Shown: positions 57,515 through 64,000 of the stretch, piece by piece
Position numbering within the stretch: the stretch's first letter is position 1
Layout of the letters: each line of letters starts with the position of its first letter
From: Lingula anatina
Taxonomy: Eukaryota; Animalia; Brachiopoda
Assembly (NCBI GenBank): GCA_051362555.1
Contig: CM120641.1
Location: 29,766,401-29,830,400 of the forward strand
DNA length: 64,000 nucleotides
Direction: 5' to 3'
Made by a program: the position numbers and the translations under genes
Notes under the pieces: generated by a model
What the model was told of the DNA's origin: nothing
Databases searched by the model: none
What the model saw: the letters and a program-made list of their open reading frames with translations, nothing else

Positions 57515-60500
57515 CTAAAAGTGACCCAATGTTGCCATAGCTGACTGTCGTATGTGTGGATCTCTGACCATGAAGGTAGCAGCACGTTTGATCTCGGAAG
57601 AGGTGAGATTCCCATTGTCATTGTACAGAAAGGCAAGGTCCCCAGCAGGACTGGCTGGCTCTTCTGCTGAAAGTATTCACACAGATTTTAAATGTACAAA
57701 AACAATTGGGAATTAGGTGAAAAAGTGTGTTTACTCAACTGAAAGTCTGTGTAATGAATGAATACAGTACGTATTATAAATAATAAAGTAAAAAAATAAT
57801 ATAGTAAAGATCATGTATTAAAGTTTACAAGCCTCATAACAAACAGACACTTGTTTTACCAACTCTGTGAATTCACTTTACAGACCAAAATCGCAAAACT
57901 TTCATAATTATTATAAAACTAAAAAAACTTCTCAATATTAAGGTTACATGGGTAAGGGATAAAAAAGAAATTTGCACTTATGACAATATGTATTAGGTGA
58001 AACTCTGATGAAGTCCACATATTATGTGGTTATTATTTGCCATATATCAATCATTAAGTGCAAATGTTATTGAAAGTTATTTCCTTTACGTGAAGGTGAT
58101 ACTACTCTTCATCTTCCCTTATTGTAACTATTAGTCTTACCAGATAATCCACATCCAACTTTTGATTAGGTATAGGTAACTGTCATAGATGATTATTAAT
58201 AATTGTGTGGATTTCTTATTAACCATCTATTAATTTGGATTAATTATTGTAAGTAGCATTTCTAACTAGAGGACAAATATACAGACATAAAACAAATAAA
58301 TTCAAAGAAACAAAAATGACATCTAGGTAAGATAGATGGTGAAATTGCCTCTTTTGCACACAAAAAAATGACAGGGTGTTTTGTATCTGTGTTGTGTATA
58401 ATACAACCTAACAATGGCTACCTGAAGAGGCTGAGAAGATAATAATGACACAAGGTACTCTTCAAATAAACTTTCATCAAAACGGTTTTGTCTTTAGAGT
58501 CCGAATTGGGGAAATATAAGAAGCTTTACAGGACATAAATATGATTGTGGGGGATTTTCAAAAGCGGGAGGAGAATATCTTAATATTGGCAGGAAAATCA
58601 CATGAAGTGGCCCTTTAAAGGGACAGCTGTGACAGATGGTGACGACACAGGCAGACACAGTGATCAGATTATATACAAATTATATACAAAGTGTCTGTAT
58701 ATAATAAAAAGAAAAATTTTTATTATATATATAGTAAAAACTATGTGCAGTTTTTATTTCACTAAATGTTATTTAGCAAGAATGAAACAATATTTTAATA
58801 TTGTTAAAACAAAAATCATCTATAAACACAAAACTATATAAAGTGTTAAAATATGCATCAGCAAAAATTTCATTTCCTGAATAAATCTTTTAAAATCCTG
58901 TCTCATGTTTCACCCTTGAAAATCATAAAATGCCACCAAAGTTTACTAAATGTGTATCATTTTACATGAATATTTAAGTTCAAAAGGTAACAACCTTTCA
59001 TAATGAAAGTAATGTGCACATTTTACATAAATGTGTCACAAAACAACTTGCAATGTCAAGCATTTAACGATCAGAGCAAAACTAATTCTACAAAGCAAAA
59101 GCTATCATGATGACAATAACTAAATATTGATCATATTAAAACTCAAATGAATTTAAATCGTCAAAGTATATAATGTTTATATGGGAGATAACATGCACAA
59201 GAATTATAAATCAACAGAAATGGTAATGGCACCAACGACTTGTTTGGGTGATAGTGGACATGATATCAATGGAGACCTGCAATAAAGGGTAAAAAAAAAA
59301 AGAAAATTTAACTAGACAACAATGCTTGCAAATATACAGACACCATACAGGAAAAAAGGCAGCAAAGCTGTCAAATTTTCACACATTATGTAGAAAAAAG
59401 TGCACAAAATAAATGTTCAATTTGGATGCACTGTTACATACATAATGCTTTAAAACAGCAAAACCACCCTAACATTATGTACTACAGGTAAAATGGACAT
59501 TTATAAATTAGCAAGAATTCAGTCCCATGGGATATAAAAGCCACTGAAAATGCTAATGTGTGAAAAATGAAAATTTCACAAAATTAAAAAAAAAAATCAG
59601 GTTAATACCTTAATTTTAGTACTTGGGATCATTTCTTGAGAAAAATAAGTAACACTGCTTTTCTTTTCTTGTTTACATTATAATGCACAAAATGATTTGT
59701 CAATTTTGACACAATATCACATAATGATTGACAGCATTATCACCACTGATTTAAATCATTTACTACAGGTAACACAGACTTTCAGAAAATGTAACAAGCA
59801 CAGGTCTGTGTCCTTTTGCCAAGAAAAGCTACGCCCCGGGTAATAAATGATCTAAGAACACAAAGGTTTAATGGTAAAAGATACACTTCTTCAGAAAGAG
59901 CCCCCCCCCCCCCCCGACACTGCTGGGCATAGGGCTCCATGTCCATGGGATTTCAAAACCACACACTGAAAATGTCAAAATGTGAACTAAACAGCAAAGC
60001 TGACAAATATACAGACACTAAACAGAAACCAGAATAATTACCATAAATGTAAACTTATTATGCTAATTTTCAAAAGCGACTTGCCTTTTTACTAAACAAA
60101 GCTAACAAGTTAATCTAAAGTAAAATAAAATATGGTATGGCAGTTACGGGGCCAATGTCACCAAAATTGTGCAAAAAACCAAAACAATACCGTTCATGTA
60201 AACCAATCATGTTGATTTTTTGAAAGCAACCTGTCTCTTTACCAAACAAAGCCACTCAGCAAATTTTAAGTAAAACAAAAATACGGTTTGGTAGTTATGG
60301 AACGAATGTCACGTGTCGGACAGCAACAGCGATGGCAATGACATGGACAGACTGACTGATCAGATCAGATACAGTATCCATGAATAAAAATAATAGTTTT
60401 ACAAAAGATGCCTCTGCTATATCAACCCCAGCATTCCTTCTGCAAACCATGTTTGATAGTGAGGTAATCATTTGGTACAATACAAGGGGCAGATATTACT

Positions 60501-63500
60501 GATGAGAACTTGGTTTGACTTATTTTGCCTCGTTTAAAGAGAGTCATTGATGACACTGAAAGTGAAACAACTGACAAAAAAGCAGCATCATAATGAAGCT
60601 GTTCACAGGCTTGCCTGTTGCATGTTGTCATGAAAAAATTAGGCCTACAGACTCCCAAGATTTACATTAATTTTATTTGAATGTTTGGCACAATTACAAA
60701 ATAATCATGAACCAATAATTTTTTTTTTCTTCAGATCATCCGCAAGTCATCTGGAAAAGAGCTAGCAGGTAAAGTTTATCTATTAATCATCTAAATCAGC
60801 CAAATGTGGAAACTGTTATCTGTATATTGCAAGTACCCACTCAAAGGGATTCACTATTGCTCCAATCAAGGTTGTTATCAGCAAGGCTCTCCTGACTGAA
60901 GTTTCATCACCCTAATAACACAGGTGCCCTTCAGCTTGGGCAAACAACCCGGCTGTGCATGAAGAAATGAAAAATAATTACGTTGGTGGACAATCGTCTT
61001 TTGAAAAGGTTTTTACCCTGTAGGGCCAGATATATCAGAAAATGACAGTGAGGACGATGACAAAGACAGGTACAGTGATCAGAATATATATACAGAACCA
61101 TACAGTGTCTGTATATAATAATGAATTTCACAGGCTTGACAGCTAGCCATTACAAAAACTGCAAGCAACATTCTATTTGTACTGCAAACACGACTAGGCA
61201 AAACATCAACTGACACTGTTTGCAAGTATCATTTTATATCAAGAGAAAACTCTTAGGTCCTCCTAGCATCAAACTGACTGCAACACCAATTTTACAGGAA
61301 AAAATTAATGATTTAAGTCCCAAGACATGCAAAGACTGTGACCCCAAAAGAACTGTTGACCCCAAAAGAACCTCTTCCATCATCACCATGCATACCTAGA
61401 TCTGTTAAGAAGCCAAAACAAAATGCTAGGTCACAGTTAAAATGGTTGGGGCTTTCCGTTACCTTTCCTGATCATACACTTAAATCAGTCAATAAACCTT
61501 TCATCAGTGGAGACAGTTCATTTGGATTAGAACTAAGTACTGAAAGTGGAAAGAAGTGCTGGTAATAAAGGCCGGTTTTTCATTTTCAATAGAAAACAAG
61601 GCAGCAAAGCTGTCAAATGTACAGACAAAAAGCAGGAAATAACAAAATAGGCTACTGTCAATTCTGATGCAAAAGTACATTATGTTAAACTGCAAATTCA
61701 ACATCAAATTTTAATTATGCTCAACAGGTAATACCAATGTAAGTAAAATGTGAAACAAGCATAAAGCTTCAGGCCCATGGGAGTTCAAGTTCACACTTTG
61801 AAAATGTAAAACTTCCAGAAAAAGAAGTCAATTAGACTGCTTTTCCAACTCAGGCTGCATTTCAGTCCTGTATTTCTTTTTTGAAAGTTTGGCAATCATA
61901 AGTAACATGGTTTTCCCATAATGGTCATCATGGCAGCAGCACCCAAAATTGTGTTTTCTTCTATTCTGATGCAATATTACATAATGGTTAACAGCATAAT
62001 GACAATCAATTTTTAATAACAAAATATATGTATCATGGATTTTCAGAAAATGTGACTAGCCTGGGTCTTCAAGCCTGTGGAACTTCAAAGTCACACCTTG
62101 AAAATGCCAATATGTGAAAAACTAAATTTTCACAAAAAAAAAAAAAAAACTGTTTATCTGGCAGATTGCATTGCCTACTGAAGCTGTATTTTAGTCCCAT
62201 GTTTCTTTCCTGTAAGTTTGAGAACAGTAAGTGACATGGTTTTTCTTAAAAGGTAATCATGGGAGCAGTGCCCAAAATAGTTTTTTTTCAAATTTTGATG
62301 CAATGTTACATAATGTTTAACAGCATAATGACCATCAATTTTTAATAAAAAAATATTAGTATCATGGATATTCAGAAAATGTGACTAGCAAAGGTCTTCA
62401 GGCCCATGGAACTTCAAAGTCACAACTTGAAATACCAAAATGTAAACAAGACAGCACTGTTCTGAAATGTTTTTTTCCCCATTTTTAACAATTTTTAACA
62501 TAAAACAAAATTAACAGTTTACTGCCATTTTTACATGATCAACTAAGAAAATTGATGAGATGAGAAAAGTATCAACAGAGCAGTGTTAAATGTCCAATTT
62601 CTTCCATTCTGAGATTCTGAACATAGTGGATGATTGAATCTGACAAACTGCAATGATATGAGTTTATTTCCATTTTTGAAACTTTATTACACAATACACG
62701 ATAACATGTTTACCATCATTTTTACAAAATCAACTAACAATGTTGTAAAGATGCAGGAAATGTCAAACAAACACTTTCACATATCTTATTAGTTTAATAA
62801 TGAGACTGTTGACATGCCTAAAAATTGAATCTGAGGAAATGTGAAAAAACAGCATACCTTCTAAAATAATGGCACGATTATGCTGATTTACGAACTCAAC
62901 CTGCATTTTAGTAAAATTGACCACTCCTGTGACTTTCATGACAATTGGCCCATCTGTTTTTCTTATATTGTGTTTACAGTGTTGCATATATGCTGAAAAG
63001 TGTAAAAAACAGCATAACTAGTAAAATGGTGGCCCGATCATGCCGATTTTCGAACTTGACCTGCGTTTTAGTAAAATTGATTACTCCTGTGAGTTTCATG
63101 ACAACAGGTCTATCGGTTTTCCTTGAAATGTGTTAACAGTGTTGCATATATGCTGAAAACAGCATAACTACTAAAATAGTGGCCCGATCATGCCGATTTT
63201 CGAACTTGGTCTGCGTTTTAGTAAGACTGATTACTCCTGTGAGTTTCATGACAACAGGCCTATCGGTTTTCCTTGAAATGTGTTAACAGTGTTGCATATA
63301 TGCTAAAAAGTGAAAAAAAACAGCATAAATTCTACAATAATGGCCCGATCATGCTGATTTTCGAACTTGACCTGCGTTTTATGAATATTAGTCAGCTCTG
63401 TAAATATAAAGCCAAAAAGTAAAACTGTCTTCCACTTATGGTGTTAACGCTGAAAGTGCACGGCGACGGCGACAGCGACGGCGACATGATCGGCGACGGC

Positions 63501-63981
63501 GACGACAGACGCAGGTGATGGCAATATGTACAGACACATCTGTGTCTGTACATAAAAATTATACAGTATGTGGCATGGAGTGAAAAATGAAGAGGGAACC
63601 AACAAAGCTACATGATATTTCTGATGCAAATGAAATTAACACACAAATGATGAAAAAAATATGTGTTAAGAAACCATCCCAAACGTATTCCTTTTGTTTT
63701 TTCACAGAGATAAATTGTTGAACATTCCCCTTCCTTCTGATTTATCAATTAAATTGAAAAAAAAGCAACAAATACAGTTTATTGTCATCATTTCATCCAT
63801 AGATTTAATATATATTTTACAAAGGCGCAATTCCTACCTGTTGATCTTGCCTTCTTCTTTCTATTTAGCTTCAGTGTTTGGGCCCTTCTCATATAATTCT
63901 TCTTTGCATACACTGCATTCTTCATGATGATTGGCATTTGACACTCAATCTTTTGTTCCGACGCAACAGTTTCAAAGTATC
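57515..63981 (-). CDS. 3' end of an unidentified protein-coding gene entering from beyond the window (last two coding exons)
   Basis: Exon 63838-63981 (ttttcaag|..YFETVASEQKIECQMPIIMKNAVYAKKNYMRRAQTLKLNRKKKARST|gtagg, phase 1-1) joins in phase to terminal exon 57515-57666 (ctttcag|AEEPASPAGDLAFLYNDNGNLTSSEIKRAATFMVRDPHIRQSAMATLGHF*). Product not recognised. Confidence 0.6.
61760..62440. repeat. Tandem ~330-bp unit (2 copies), with an inverted dispersed copy at ~53590-53930
   Basis: aacagcataatgac.atcaatttttaataa at 61990 and 62319; ttcagaaaatgtgactagc..ggtcttca.gcc..tggaacttcaaagtcaca repeated; reverse complement at 53818-53925. Confidence 0.85.
62848..63385. repeat. Tandem array of ~150-160-bp units (about 3.4 copies)
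   Basis: aacagcata..tggcccgatcatgccgattttcgaacttg..ctcctgtgagtttcatgacaa recurs at 62848, 63008, 63158 and 63319. Confidence 0.92.
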
Positions 63982-64000
63982 CTTGAAAACAATAACATTA

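Larger units (their letters stand above)
58263..63558 (+). mobile_element. Cluster of Helentron-associated (HINE-like) non-autonomous elements
   Basis: Recurring start motif aac(t/a)ag...caaat(a/g)tacagaca (~58263, 59311, 59992, 61595), internal tandem arrays, a gacggc-type microsatellite at 63460-63510, and terminal hairpins (perfect at 63525-63554; degenerate at ~58670-58703 and ~61087-61116). Family assignment is from structure only. Confidence 0.6.

Noticed and set aside
62848-63385. Regular ~155-bp repeats considered as a CRISPR array or RNA gene cluster
   Set aside because: Whole units are repeated with no unique spacers, and no tRNA, 5S or snRNA features were recognised.

Overview
AT-rich, intron-rich animal genomic DNA; the repeat types suggest a marine invertebrate such as a mollusc, but the taxon cannot be fixed from sequence alone. 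Six complete spliced genes were rebuilt by hand with consistent splice phases: BCKDHA (-), DESI2 (+), an asteroid/FAM120-type PIN-domain gene (+), B3GAT3 (-), ATXN3 (+) and TMEM179 (-). The last two coding exons of an unidentified minus-strand gene lie at the right end. BCKDHA/DESI2 and B3GAT3/ATXN3 are head-to-head pairs. Repeats include an RTE 3' fragment, a decayed L1/Tx1 ORF2 fragment, an internally deleted Tc1 element, several MITE families with visible TIRs and TSDs, and a cluster of Helentron/HINE-like elements. The main finding, missed by the ORF track, is that BCKDHA carries two intact 162-nt copies (8114-8275 and 7181-7342) of the exon encoding the GRQMPVHYG...TISS(P/T)L(G/A)TQ active-site segment. 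They are 35/54 identical in amino acids and share the same phase, which points to a mutually exclusive exon switch giving two E1-alpha isoenzymes from one gene. Other leads are a polyQ-less ataxin-3 whose UIM3 exon depends on a GC-AG intron, and a perfect 36-bp fold-back at the LINE 5' break. No transcript evidence is available, so all gene models are predictions.
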